NCBI GenBank assembly: GCA_016748015.1
Contig: JAAOMT010000578.1
Location: 56,329 to 97,065 of the forward strand
Direction: 5' to 3'
Length of the DNA: 40,737 nt
Source: Geosiphon pyriformis uo1
Taxonomy: Eukaryota; Fungi; Glomeromycota
Shown: positions 1 through 12,000 of the stretch, in pieces
How positions within the stretch are numbered: position 1 is the stretch's first letter
Layout: every line of letters starts with the position of its first letter
The notes under the pieces: generated by a model
Databases searched by the model: none
Seen by the model: only the letters and a program-made list of their open reading frames with translations
Told to the model about the DNA's origin: nothing
Translations under genes and position numbers: made by a program

Positions 1-1031
1 TTTTTTCTTTGAGATTTTTGATTTATTCTTTTGTTTTTATTTTAGATTGCTTGTTTGTTAATAATGATTTCTAGACTTGATTTTTGATGTTAAATAAGTT
101 GTAATAATTGTTGTACAAATGAGAAAATATTGTCAGTAATTTCCATTTTCTACTTGCTTTTATTGTATATATTAATTTTTTATATACTGTTTTTGTAGAT
201 CAATTTGACATGTTTGTATCAATAATTATAACTGGTTTTAGATTTTGTGGAATCTCATCTGGTTGAATTAGTATTTATTGTATTTCTAATTGTAAAATAT
301 TATTGGTAAATAATAATATTATATTGTATTATAATTTTAGTTAATTTTTATGCGTTACTTTAGCTAAAATTTTGTTGTTTATCTTAATTTATAAGCTTTA
401 TTTCCTAGAATTTTTTTAATATAAAATAGTCTGTTTTATTTGAAGTTAAATTTTTTATTCTATTGTTTTTTTACTTTGATACAATATAAAAATACTTTGT
501 TCTCAATCTTAAATTTGACTAGTTTATCTGATAATTGGTTATCATATCATTTTTTTTGTTTTGTTTGTAATTTATTTATGTTATTAACTGTTTTTTGTCT
601 TTTGTTTTTTAAAGTTTCTATTAAGTCATATGTTTTTTTTAGCAATGTTTTTTAAAAGTTAGCTTCTGTTATTGGTTTTGTTAGATATATATTAATATAT
701 ATCTTAACTGTAATATTACTGTTTTAATATAGACTAGTTCAAATAATATTGTTTGTGTAGTATTTTGCTTTATTGTTCAATAAGCAAATAATACTAGTAG
801 TATAAATAAATCTTATTTGTCTTGATGTTTTTGGTTAATCTTGGCTATTACTTTGCACAATATTCTGTTAAATCTTTTGACTAAATTATTGGTTTATACA
901 TGATATGATAATAATAATAGTCTTTTAATTCCAAATTTTTGGCTTAATTTTGTTAATATTCTGTTCATAAAGTGGATTTTTTGGTCTGATAACAATTTTT
1001 TTGGATATCCATATCAACAAATCAAATTTTG

Positions 1032-1953
1032 TATTACAAGTAATTATTTGGGATTTAGAAACAAATAACAAATCTGTAATTTTGGTATTCAATTGATATA
1101 ATAATGTTGGTTTTTAAAGATTTTGTATTTGAAAGTTTTTATAATCTGAAAATTTTGGTTAAGTTCTTTGTATAATAGACAGAAATTCAATGTTAATATC
1201 TTGGTATGATGCTTTTAATTTTCTTTTCCAATCTTTGAGTTGGTATGTTTTAGTATTCATAGCCTTTCAGAATAGTTATTCTGTCAAATTTTTTTCTTTA
1301 GTGTGATAGCTGGTTTATTCTGGCAGTCATGTCCTTTTGGTAAGCTATTTATTAATTTATAAATTTTATACTCTTATTTCTGGATCTTTTACCAGACTAT
1401 CCTTGATGTTAATAACTTAGTGTTTAATTTTTTTAATTAATTTAGTGAACAACAAAAAAAAATAAAAAAAAATAAAAAAAATAAAAAAATAAAAAAAATA
1501 AAATAAAAAATAAATGTCTTGTCAATAGCCATGATCAAGAGCTATTGTGCTAGCAGATTAAGTAGTAGATAATAATATAAATTTAAAAAATTGAAGAGAT
1601 ATTTTATTGATAAAATTCTATTTTGGTTGATAATAACTATTTTTGAAGAAAAAAGTATTTAATAATTATGACTTGCGAGTCTAATTAACTCTGAGAGTTT
1701 AATTGACTTCTTTTTTAGCTTCTAATACTACTGCTATAAATACATAAATTTTATTGTATAAGATTTTTTGAATTTTTTGATTCTCTAGCTAAGAATCTTA
1801 GAATTCCAAAAATCTTGTAATTCTTTATATGAAAATTCTATAATTCTGGAATCCTGCAATTCTTCTGAAAAGAATCCTGGAATTTCACTTTTACTATGTC
1901 TATTCTGATTGGCTTATGTACTAATATTTAATTTCTATATTCTATGAGTAATA
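1032..1953 (-). mobile_element. Solo LTR (922 bp) of the A/C family inserted in the integrase of element C
   Basis: Decayed TG..CA termini (minus strand tattactcat ... tgtaata). Shares CCAAT, the GGAATT/GGATTCC repeats, TATA and the CAATAGC..GCTATTG hairpin with the A LTR. TTTTG is duplicated at 1027-1031 and 1954-1958. Confidence 0.9.
1454..1514. repeat. (A7-9 T)n microsatellite, an expansion of the LTR T-rich tract
   Basis: Directly visible tandem aaaaaaaat units. Positionally equivalent to the T-rich tract at about 8606-8650 of the A LTR. Confidence 0.85.
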
Positions 1954-2536
1954 TTTTGGTAAATAAATTCAGCTATAAATTCTGTATTTGCTCTTTGAAT
2001 TGCTTTTGCTTCTGGCTATTTTGTGAGATAATTTATGATTATTACTATGTATTAATTGTTGTTACTAGTTATAGTTAATGGTTTCACTAAGTTAATTCTA
2101 ATTTAATCAAATAGTTGTCTTATTTTAATTGGTTTTAACAGTTTACTGGATCTTGTTTCTCTTTTTTTTTTGATAAGCATCACAATTTTAAATATATTAG
2201 ATAATTTTTAAATACATAAATGGCCAGTAATATTTTTTTCTGGTTTTTTCTATGGTTGTTTTTTTATAAAAATGTTTTGCTACTGAATCTGAGTGCATGT
2301 TAAACAGTATTGTTTCTTTTTCTGGTTCTGTAATTACTTTAAGTAACTGGTTTAAATATTTTTTGTTTTTTTAATATAGTATATTTTAGTAAATAATAAA
2401 ATGTTTTAATTGTTGTTTTATGTTGTTTTGTTTTTTTTAAGATAATTTTTTCTTAAACTGTTAAGTATTAATATAGTGTTGGAGTTGTTAATATTTTTGT
2501 ATGTTTATTTTTTGTTATATTTTTGGATTGAAATGT

Positions 2537-5500
2537 TTAGATTTGTCTTATTCATAACAAATTATTAGTATTTTTATTTTTTTTTATTTTTTATAATATA
2601 CAATATAATTAAATAATAATATTTTATTTTTTATTTTAATAGTAATTATCTCTAAATTTTTGCTTTTGGATTAATGTTAATTTTTTGTAATCTATATATA
2701 TATCAAACTTTTAATTTAAGTATTTTTTTTATTTAACAACAGTCTAATAAATAGCTAAGTATTTTAATTTTGAAGTTCTATAGTTTTTTTTGGCTGAACT
2801 CAAACTTTGGCTGACATATTTTATTAGATGTTCTTATCCATTTGTTTTTTTTCGTAATAATATAGCTCTTAATACTTAATCAGATATATTAGTAATAATA
2901 ATAAATGACTTGTTATAATTTGAATAGATTAATACTGGGACTTAAACAAACTTTCTTTTTAAAATATTGAAAAGTTTTTGTTGGTTTTTAGTCTATTTAT
3001 ATTTAATGTTTTTTGCTTGAAACTGGTGGAATAGTTGAGCCAGTTTGAAGAAGTTTTAGATAAAGTGGTAATAGTATTTAGTAAATTCTAAAAATGCTTT
3101 TAATTTTTAAAATTTATTAGTATTAAGAAGTTTTTGTTTATTTTAATCTTGTTTGAATTTGTTTTTATGCTGTTTTTGCTCACAATATGTTCCAATAACT
3201 TGAGTTTAGTTTTTCTAAAGAAATATTTAATGGCATTTAACTTTAGCTCTACTTGTTTTAATCTTTTAAATACTTATTAGAAATAATAAAAATAATCATT
3301 AAATGTTTCTGAGAATATATTAATGTTATCAAAATAAACTATTACTAATTTTTATAGTAATTCTGTATAAACAATTTTCATAAGATGTTGAAAAATAGTT
3401 AAAATATTAGTTAAGCCAAATAGCATAATACTGAATTCAAAATTTTTTTCTTTAATAGTAAATGCTGTCTTTTTTTTATCAGCTAAATTCATGACTACCT
3501 GTTAGTAACCACTATTTAAGTCCAATGTTGAAAACTATTTCTTTCCTCCAAAAATGTCAAATAGTTTTTGGATCTATAGAATTAGATAGCTGTCTCTACA
3601 AATAATACTGTTAAGTTTTTTATAATTTATACAAAAGCAGATTTTCTTATTCTTCTTCTGAACAAATATCACTGATAATAACCATAAACTCATTAATAGT
3701 TAAATTAACTTATTGTTCAACATTCAATTGATTTCTTGTTGAATAATTTTATGATTAGCAAATAGTATTTTGTATGCTTTTTGTTTAATTAACATATCAT
3801 TTTTAGTTTTAATCTGGTCTTGTATAATATCAGTTCTACCAAATTTGTTTTTATTGACAAAGATATTAATGAAATTGTTGAGTAGTATCTTAAGTTGCAT
3901 ATATTAAAATAGGTTTTAATTTCTCAAGTTTATTTGTTTTAATTATTCTGATTATAAGAAATACTATTTTTCTTGTTTATATATAGTTTGTAATATAATA
4001 TCCACATATCTATACAGTGGTAAAAAATTTGAAATAATGATTGGTAATTGGTTTTCAACTTTAGTACTTAAGTATTTGATAGTAGTTTTACTTGATATTT
4101 CTATAAAGTTTCTGATTGTATTGTATATTGAAGTTTTGATGTTATTACAGATGATTATTTAGGGTCTCAAATCAAATAACAAACTCATAACTTGGTGCTA
4201 ATTTGCTTGTTGACATTAATAATATCTAAAGATTAATTGTATCTGAAAGTTTTGGTTGTCTGAAGGTTTTGGTTGAGTTCTTTGTATAATGGACAGAGAT
4301 TCAATTGTTGTGTCAGTAGTCTCCTAGAATTGCAATTCTATCAAATTTTTTTTTCAGCGTGGTGGCCAGTAATTCTTCTGTTAAGCTATCCTCAATTATG
4401 AGTGTTCTACCCTTGTTTTATGGGTCTTTTACCAGTCCCTATAACGTTTATAATTCAGCATTTTTTAATTATTAATCAATTAATAAAACAAAAAGAAATA
4501 AAAAAGATAAAAAAAATGATAAAGAAAATAAGCCAAGACAATTTGCAAGTTAGTATTTCATCAATAGCCATAATTAAGAGCTATTGTTTTAATGTGTTAA
4601 GTATTGATTACTATTAACATAAAGCATTAATAGTAGAAGGTGAATTTGAGAAAGTGAATTATTTATTGATATTTGTGATGTAGGAGATTGCTTAAATTAA
4701 ATCTAAATTGAGAGGTTTGTTCTTTTTTTTTTACTATTACTGCTATATATACATAATTGAGATTTCTTAATTCCTCAATTTTTCTTACCAGGAACCTTGG
4801 AATTTCTGGAATTCTGTAATTTTTTTAAGAAGAATCCTGGAATTCTGAAATCCTGCAATTTCTCATATAAGAATCTTGAAATTTTTAGAATCCTGCAATT
4901 TCTCTAAAAAGAATCTTAGAATTCCATATTTACTACATTTATTTCTGATTGGCTATTTTATATACTAATATTTTTTCTATATTCTATGAGTAACAATGTG
5001 TTTGTGGTTTTTGGCTAGTATATAAAGATTAATAATGTCAATTTTTCTTGATTCATAAATTTTTGGTTTTGCTTTAAAAGTTTGGGATTAATTTTTTATT
5101 TTTTTCTCTATAGTTAATATATACTGATTATATAATAGAATTGAAATGGATTAATTGATAAAAATAATTTTTTTTTTATCAATTGTTTTCTCTTCAACTA
5201 TATTAATTAATATCTCTATTCTACTTGTTTATCCAAATTTATTTATTTCTTTCTTGCCATAATTCCTAATTTTTTTCTCATTTTTACTAATACTAATTGA
5301 ACTATTTTAACCAAAAACAAAAATATTGCTTGTGCTATTTTTTTATTTGGTTTAATAATATATTTTTTTTCCAAGTTATTTTGTAGTATTGTAATGATAT
5401 TTTTTATATATCTTATATCAATTATTTTTTTCTAATATTAATCCCTTTTTTTACTAAACTAGATCTAAAAATTAATTGAATTATTGTTGCTGTTAAAATT

Positions 5501-8142
5501 TTTAGTGCTATTTTTAGATCTATACTAGTGTGCAAATAAAATTTCAATCAGATAACAGTTTTTTTTAAATATCTAAAATTAAATTCTATATTAGTATTAT
5601 GTACATATTTTGACATAATATTCTTATTATTATTACTGAACCATTTGAGTTTCTGCTCTTGAGAGCACAATATATTGTTTGAGATTTTTGTCAGAGTTTG
5701 AATTATTATTGTTGTTATTATTATAATAAATAATATTAAAATTGTTATTGTTATTATTGTTAAAAACTAAATTATAATTAAATTTTGATTTTGATTCTAA
5801 AACACACTTGTTAATTGGTTTTTCTTCTTTGAAAATTAAATAGATCATGTATAAAAGTGAATTGTAAATAAAATTACAATTATTACAATATTTAAAGTCA
5901 CTAAAAATTAAACAATATTTACAAAGTTTAGTATTTAATTGTTCTAAATACTGCTTTTGCTTATTTTAAATAGGTGTTAGATCTTGGTAATGTTTGTAAA
6001 ATTGTTCTGGATTACTTAGAATGTTAAAAAAAATGTCTGAGTTCAGGATAAGAATAGTATTAATAGATTCTGGTAGATTGTTTTTAATTATCAATATTTT
6101 ATTGAATAAAATGGCTTTGACTTTGGTATTTGTTATTTTCTAGATCTTGTTTTTGTTATGTGAATAACAATCCAAATACAAGAGCACTTAGTTTTATATA
6201 ACATTAAAAGACATTTTTTAGCTTATTTAATTATTTATGGAAATTGTATATTGATACAAAGTATTGTACATTTCTTTTTAATTAGAAATATCATTCCATA
6301 TTTTTTTGTTAAATAATGTTTTTTCACAAGTAAAACATAATTTGTTGTCCTACTTTCCTTGTCATTTTGAATAACCAAAAAATTTTTTGTAATATAGTTT
6401 ACAATAATAGTAAATATGTGTTTAGTAGTTCTCTTTTGGTAAAATCTAAGCTCACATGAAAAAAAGTTTTTTTATAATCAATATATCTAAGACAAATATA
6501 AGATGGTTTTTTCTTTTGTTTTGATAAGTAAAGTACATACCAACTGTTGGGCTGTTTTTTTAGTAATAGTAGTGTTTTGTGAGTTTTTTTTTTTCTTTTT
6601 TTTTTCTTTTTCTTTTGTTGTTTCAAGAAAGTATTGGTGACAGTTTATTGTGCTCTTTTTTGGCCCATGAAACTTGACAAACTTTTCAAATAATTTGTTT
6701 ATTTCTTTCTTAAATTCAATCAATGGTTGTAATTGGGTTGTTTTGAAATGACCACAGATAACTGGTATTTAAGTATACTAACTATTTTAACTAAGCTGTA
6801 GCTTTTGTGTAGTTCAGTTAAGTATTATATTAGTCTTGAACAGCCAGTTATTACCAATAAAAGCTTGGTATTGTGTGATTTTTATGACTAAAACTTTGAT
6901 TAATACAATGATATTATTGACTTTAAATAAAAAGTCATCAATTTTATTAATAAAAGTTTTTGTTATTCTATTAGCTATAATGATTTTAGCACTGGCAGTT
7001 TGATCAACTCAGCAACCTAATTGGTCTATAAGTTATTGTGTAATAATACTGTTTATTGATCTACTATCAAGAATTAGCTTGATAAATTGGTTATTAACTT
7101 TAGTATTCATATATATAGCAGTAATCAGTTTAATATTAAGAATAGTTCTACTAAAAAAAGATGTTGTTAAGAATTTTTCTAATTTAAAAAAAAAAATAGC
7201 TGCAAGTAACTTGTTTTTAATAACTATTGTTAGTAGAATATTATTGAAAAATGGTTGTTTTAGCTGTTCTGATTTGTTGAATTGAGTGTTTTTTGGGATA
7301 ACTAAGAGATTTAAATAGTTTTGGGAATTCGAGTTTTAGATGTACTTATTTTCTGAATTTTTTGAACATAATTTTAATGCTTAATTTATAAAACTAGAAA
7401 TTGGTTGGTGCATAATCATTGCCAATTTTTAGTTTTGTTGTGTGTATATGATTTTTAGTTGTTATTTAAGCTAAGTTTTGTGGCAGTATTTAAATTGATT
7501 GAGATTAATATATTACTTATGGCTATGATTAATAGATTATCAGTGCTGAAATTTGATAAACTGGAAGTATATATATAAGTTGTTGTATTATTTGGGAGTA
7601 ATATAATTAATATAAATATAATTCTAATAATAAATTGTTGATATAATTCTGGGTTTTAAACTTGCAATCAGAGTTTTAATATTGATTTTCTAATTATTGG
7701 TTATTAAATTTGAAGTAACAATCTGCTTTTAAATAGCTTTGTTTATTACAATAATAACAATTATGTATTTTTTGTTGTCATAGTTGATTTAATAATAACA
7801 ATAATAGATGTGATGAATTTTAGAAGTGATTGGAGTTTTCTGAATTGTTATAATATTAAAAAGACTGATAAATTGCTTGATTTTTAACTAAGTATTTTTT
7901 TAATTTCTAATTAATAAAGTCACTGAATTGTTTCAGCTTAGAATCTAATTCAGATGATTTGTTTATTATTAAATTTATGGCTTGAATGTAATTGGCTTCA
8001 AGTTTGACCAATTCAAAATCTTAAGCATATATAACTATATTTTAGAAAATATTTAGGTGTATTGAATGTACTTATTGTAACAAACTGCTACTTAATTCAT
8101 AAATAAATTAATTTAAAATCTGTAATACTGTAAAGTAACCAG
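2537..8142 (-). pseudogene. Element C polyprotein remnant: C-terminal Gag, protease, Cys-rich region, dUTPase, RT, RNase H (split by solo LTR 4143-4995)
   Basis: Minus strand reads VIVYFDNINIFS near 3310-3345 (decayed YLDD motif) and dUTPase-like sequence at about 5200-5600. RNase H ends ...RQI-TAA at 2539-2537. Colinear with A. Confidence 0.87.
4143..4995 (-). mobile_element. Solo LTR (853 bp) of the A/C family inserted between dUTPase and RT of element C
   Basis: Minus strand starts TGTTACTCATAG and ends TGTAATA. 4-bp TSD ATGT at 4139-4142 and 4996-4999. Removing it restores AKNHKHIKTSIYN, homologous to A AKNHNHIKIPIYN. Confidence 0.93.
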
Positions 8143-9005
8143 TGTTACTTATAGAAATATAGAAAATATATTAGCATAATTATTAGCCAATCAGAAGTAG
8201 ATGTAGTAAATGTGAAATTCCAGAATTTGTTTTAGAAATTGCAGGATTCTAGAAATTACAGGATTCTTACACAAGAAATTGCAGAATTCCAAAATTCTAG
8301 GATTTCTCTCAAAGAAATCGCAGGATTCCAGAAATTCTAAGACTCTTATTGTGAAGAATCGAGAAATTGAAGAATCTCAATTATGTATATATAGCAGTAG
8401 TATTAAAAGCTGAAAATACAGACCTCTCAGTTTAGATTTGATCTAAACAACCTTCTAAACCACAATAAATAACTATTTATTATTTCAAACTCACTTCTAC
8501 TATCAACTCTTCATGTTAATAGTAATTAATACTTAACAACACTAAAACAATAGCTCTTGATTATGGCTATTGACAAGATACTAATTTGCAATTCGCTTTG
8601 GCTTAATTTTTTACATTTCTTTATTTTCTTTATTTTTTTCTTTGATTTTGTTATTGTATACTAATTGATTAAAGGTTAAAAGTGCTGAGTTATTAATGTC
8701 ATGATAGTCTGGTAAAAGATCCAGAAATAAGGATAGAATTATATATATTATTGGATAGCTTACTAAAAGGACATGACTGCCAGAATAAATCCAGCCACCA
8801 AGCTAAAAAAAAAATTGAGAAACAACTTACAGAAAAACTGCAAATACCATCAACAAAAAATCTCTGTCCATTATACAAAGGACTCATTTGAAAAAACCTT
8901 CAGATACCAATTACTTAAAACTATTATCAATAATGTGAATAGCTTTTAAGCACCAAGTTACAGGTTTGTTATTTGACCTAAGACCCCAAATAATCATTTG
9001 TAACA
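8143..9005 (+). repeat. Element A 5' LTR
   Basis: TGTTACTTATAG...TGTAACA; same length as, and colinear with, 25477-26339. Confidence 0.97.
8187..8469 (+). promoter_or_regulatory. LTR promoter and polyadenylation signals: CCAAT (8187-8191), tandem repeat block (about 8213-8343), TATATATA (8386-8393), AATAAA (8464-8469)
   Basis: Motifs are seen in the expected order. CCAAT, the repeat block and a TATA-like box recur in all five family LTRs in the window. Function is inferred from standard LTR architecture. Confidence 0.6.
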
Positions 9006-9024
9006 TTTAGTGCTCCCTGTAAGG
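9006..9024 (+). other. Primer binding site of element A (TTTAGTGCTCCCTGTAAGG, probably decayed from TTTGGTGCTCCCTG...)
   Basis: Lies immediately 3' of the LTR. Element C keeps TGG at this position (complement of tRNA CCA). The cognate tRNA was not identified. Confidence 0.75.
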
Positions 9025-9064
9025 TATAATTCTACAGAGAACCAGCACCAACACAAAGCTAAAA

Positions 9065-12000
9065 GTGGCAGAATCAGAAAACATAGAAGCAAACCATTTA
9101 GAATTTGCAAAATTTTTATTTCAACACTATTGTCAACACTTGAGATTAAACCACAATCATATATCTGCTGAATCAGCCTTTAACTTCTACATCAACGAAA
9201 AAATTGCCTATCTGTTGGGAATACCAGTAAATACTGAATTAGCAAGAGCAGTTTTTTACAGTGAATTAATTCAAAATACCAACCTGCCAACAAATTACAA
9301 TTTTGCCTCCATCATCACTGAGATCAACAAAAAAATTAAGCATCACACACAGCAAAGATATACAATTACATATGCTAGTAAAGGCAAAGGAAAACTACAA
9401 ACACCAGCAGTAATACCTAAAAGGATACAACCACCTATTTAGAAGAAAACAAGAGTTAAATCCTTAACTAATCCATCATATCACTATATACCTGAAAGTA
9501 CTATTAATATTACATCTACAGGCGTATTCACATCAAATGTGACATTAGCATTTGGAAGATTTCTATTTCAAAGTAAACAAAGGAAAACAGACTTATTAGG
9601 ACCATATGGCAAATATTTTGAAAGATTTAACTCGCAATCACCAATTCCATCAGGCTTCTGATCATCACCACTGCCACCAGATTTCAGAATTTCTGATCTG
9701 TGGGAAGTGATGGAATCAAAAAAAGAGAAAGAAAAAGAATCTGAGGAACAAGAATTTACTTACCAGAACCTGATCACTGAAAACCCGGAAGTTGAAACCC
9801 TGAATCTTCAAACTCAGCAAAATTTAAATCTAGAAAATTCAGAAATCAAAACTCCGAATCATCAAAGGCAAAACAATCCAAACTCTGAATTAATTAATCA
9901 GCAAAACTTACCTCTGATAATTGTCATCAATCAACCACCAATTAATCCAATAGCCAAACCCATACAGCAGCCACTTCAACTACCACTCCAACAACCAGTA
10001 CAACAACAACTGCTTCAACAGCCATCACAACAACCCAACTTAGATTCAATGGCCTACACACCAATTGCCAAACTTGACAACTTTACCGGCAAAGAAAACA
10101 ATGCTCAAGTATGGCTGAATAATATAGAAAAGGCCATCATAGCCAACGAATGGAATAACACCCAAGCAATACAAGCCATTCCCTACTTTTTCAAGAATAC
10201 CACTAATTCATGGTATCAGAGCTTAAATAATAAACCACAAGATTTCAATGCCTTTAAAGTGGAATTCCTAAGATACTTTAGCAACAATAACAGCATCAAT
10301 CACCTAGTCAATGTGTTCACTACCATGAAACAAGAAAAAACTGAAGCAATCACTACTTATCTGAGACACTTCTATTGAAATCTGCGCCAAATTTAAGCAA
10401 TTGATGCCAACTATTTCACAGTACTACAGATCTTCAACCAGCTTATCCATGGTCTGCACAGCAGTATTTTGCAATATATACGTCTGTTACATCCAGGTAC
10501 ACTTCAAGACGCAGTTACACATGCCAGAAATTTTGAATCTGCTGAGTCAGAGGCCAACCATGCCCAAGCTGTTAATCTAGTGATGAATAGATTATCTGAA
10601 TTGGATTCCAAATTGGAGAAGTTCAGTGAATCAATTAATAAGAAATTGGAAGGATACTTAGCTGACAATCACACCATTTATTAGTCTCCACAACAACGCA
10701 ATAATTAAGGAAACTCTAATTGTGCCCAAAATCAACCATGTCCATCTTTATTGACCAATCAACAATGGCAACAGGAAACATGTATCTGTCACTATTGTGG
10801 TAAACAAAAACATATTCAAATCAACTGCTACCAATGTTTAAATAACTAACGATCGGGAAATCAATATCGAAACCCCAATCACTGGTTCTCAACTCCGAAT
10901 CATCAATCAAACTCAGCACAATATCAAACCATTTACCTACCAATGACACAATAATCAATCTATCAACCACCAGTATATCAACCTCCAATTTATCAAAACC
11001 CAACAATTTATTCACTGCAGCCACAAGTAATCTATCAGCCACTGTCTCAAGTGATCTATCAACTCCAACAAATTCAAACACCACCCCAAAACTCAGCTAC
11101 TATGACATCAGGAAACCCAAGACCTAGAATCACTCAAAACTGGAGATTGGCAATGGTTGTTCACCAACCAATCCCCAACTCTTCTCATTAACCAGCTGAA
11201 TTATGCTCTCGGAATTTAAGTACCAGTCCCACCCAAAACCTGAATTCTCAGAACTATTTAAGTCTTCTGGTCATCCCAGAAAACGCTACCTCCAACAAAA
11301 CAGAATTCAATCAGCAAACAACACTCACCAATATTCTCCCAGCAATGATTACTGAAAATGAAGCTCTGGACATCATCTTTTCCTTCGAATTCGAGGAACT
11401 CTCAGCCACGCCATTATTTAGTGAAGCTGCATTGAAAGAGAAGCCTATCACAGTCATGTATATTGATGCGAAAGTTGATGGTCACCCCATCAAACTGATT
11501 CTCAACAGTGGTTCAGCAAGCAGTATTATTACACGGCAACTCATAGATCAATTAAGTCACCAAGTTGACTGAGCTGCCAGTGCAAAGATTATAACAGCCG
11601 ATGGAGCCACCAAAACTCCTATTGGTGAGATTAACAACTTCCCATTTGAAGTCAATGGTATCATCATTCTCATCAAAGTCTTGGTAATGGAAGCAACGCA
11701 ATATCAGGCATTAGTGGACAATGACTGGTTATCTAAAACCAATACAACACTGAATTGGACCACTCAGGAACTCCAACTCAGCCAAAATAGCCAACACACA
11801 TGAGTACTGGCAACGTGTGGCCATTTTAAACCTAATAATGTCATGTTATTAGCACCACTTATTGATTTTAAGGAGGAAAAACTAAAGCCTACTTGAGAGG
11901 CATACTAAGTATCATGAGCCAACGTTGAGCACAATGAGCTACCACCAATTCTAAACTGGGAAAAAAAGAACAATGTAAAGGGAAAAAGAAAAAAAACAAA

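Larger units (their letters stand above)
1..2508 (-). pseudogene. Element C integrase ORF remnant (HHCC, DDE core, GPY/F, start of C-terminal tail), split by solo LTR 1032-1953
   Basis: Reverse complement aligns by eye to A 15375-16960. The start ATG has decayed to ATA at 2508-2506. Many stops. Confidence 0.85.

Noticed and set aside
5633-6723. Poly-Asn and poly-Lys ORFs as real low-complexity genes
   Set aside because: They are G>A-decayed acidic linkers and off-frame pieces of the element C polyprotein.
8213-8343. Short quasi-palindromic repeats as a CRISPR array
   Set aside because: No unique spacers and no cas genes; they sit inside LTRs of a eukaryotic retrotransposon.
8773-8949. About 58-codon ORF (MTARINPATKL...) inside the LTR as a regulatory uORF
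   Set aside because: Interrupted in the 3' LTR and disrupted by indels in the solo LTRs; no evidence of coding constraint.
8933-9064. Polyprotein start at an ATG inside the LTR reading through the PBS
   Set aside because: In frame, but needs three stops to be repaired, and is not evident in solo LTR 4143-4995 or in element B. The 3' LTR ATG equivalent to 8960 is explained by ACG decay. Kept only as the alternative to GTG initiation.
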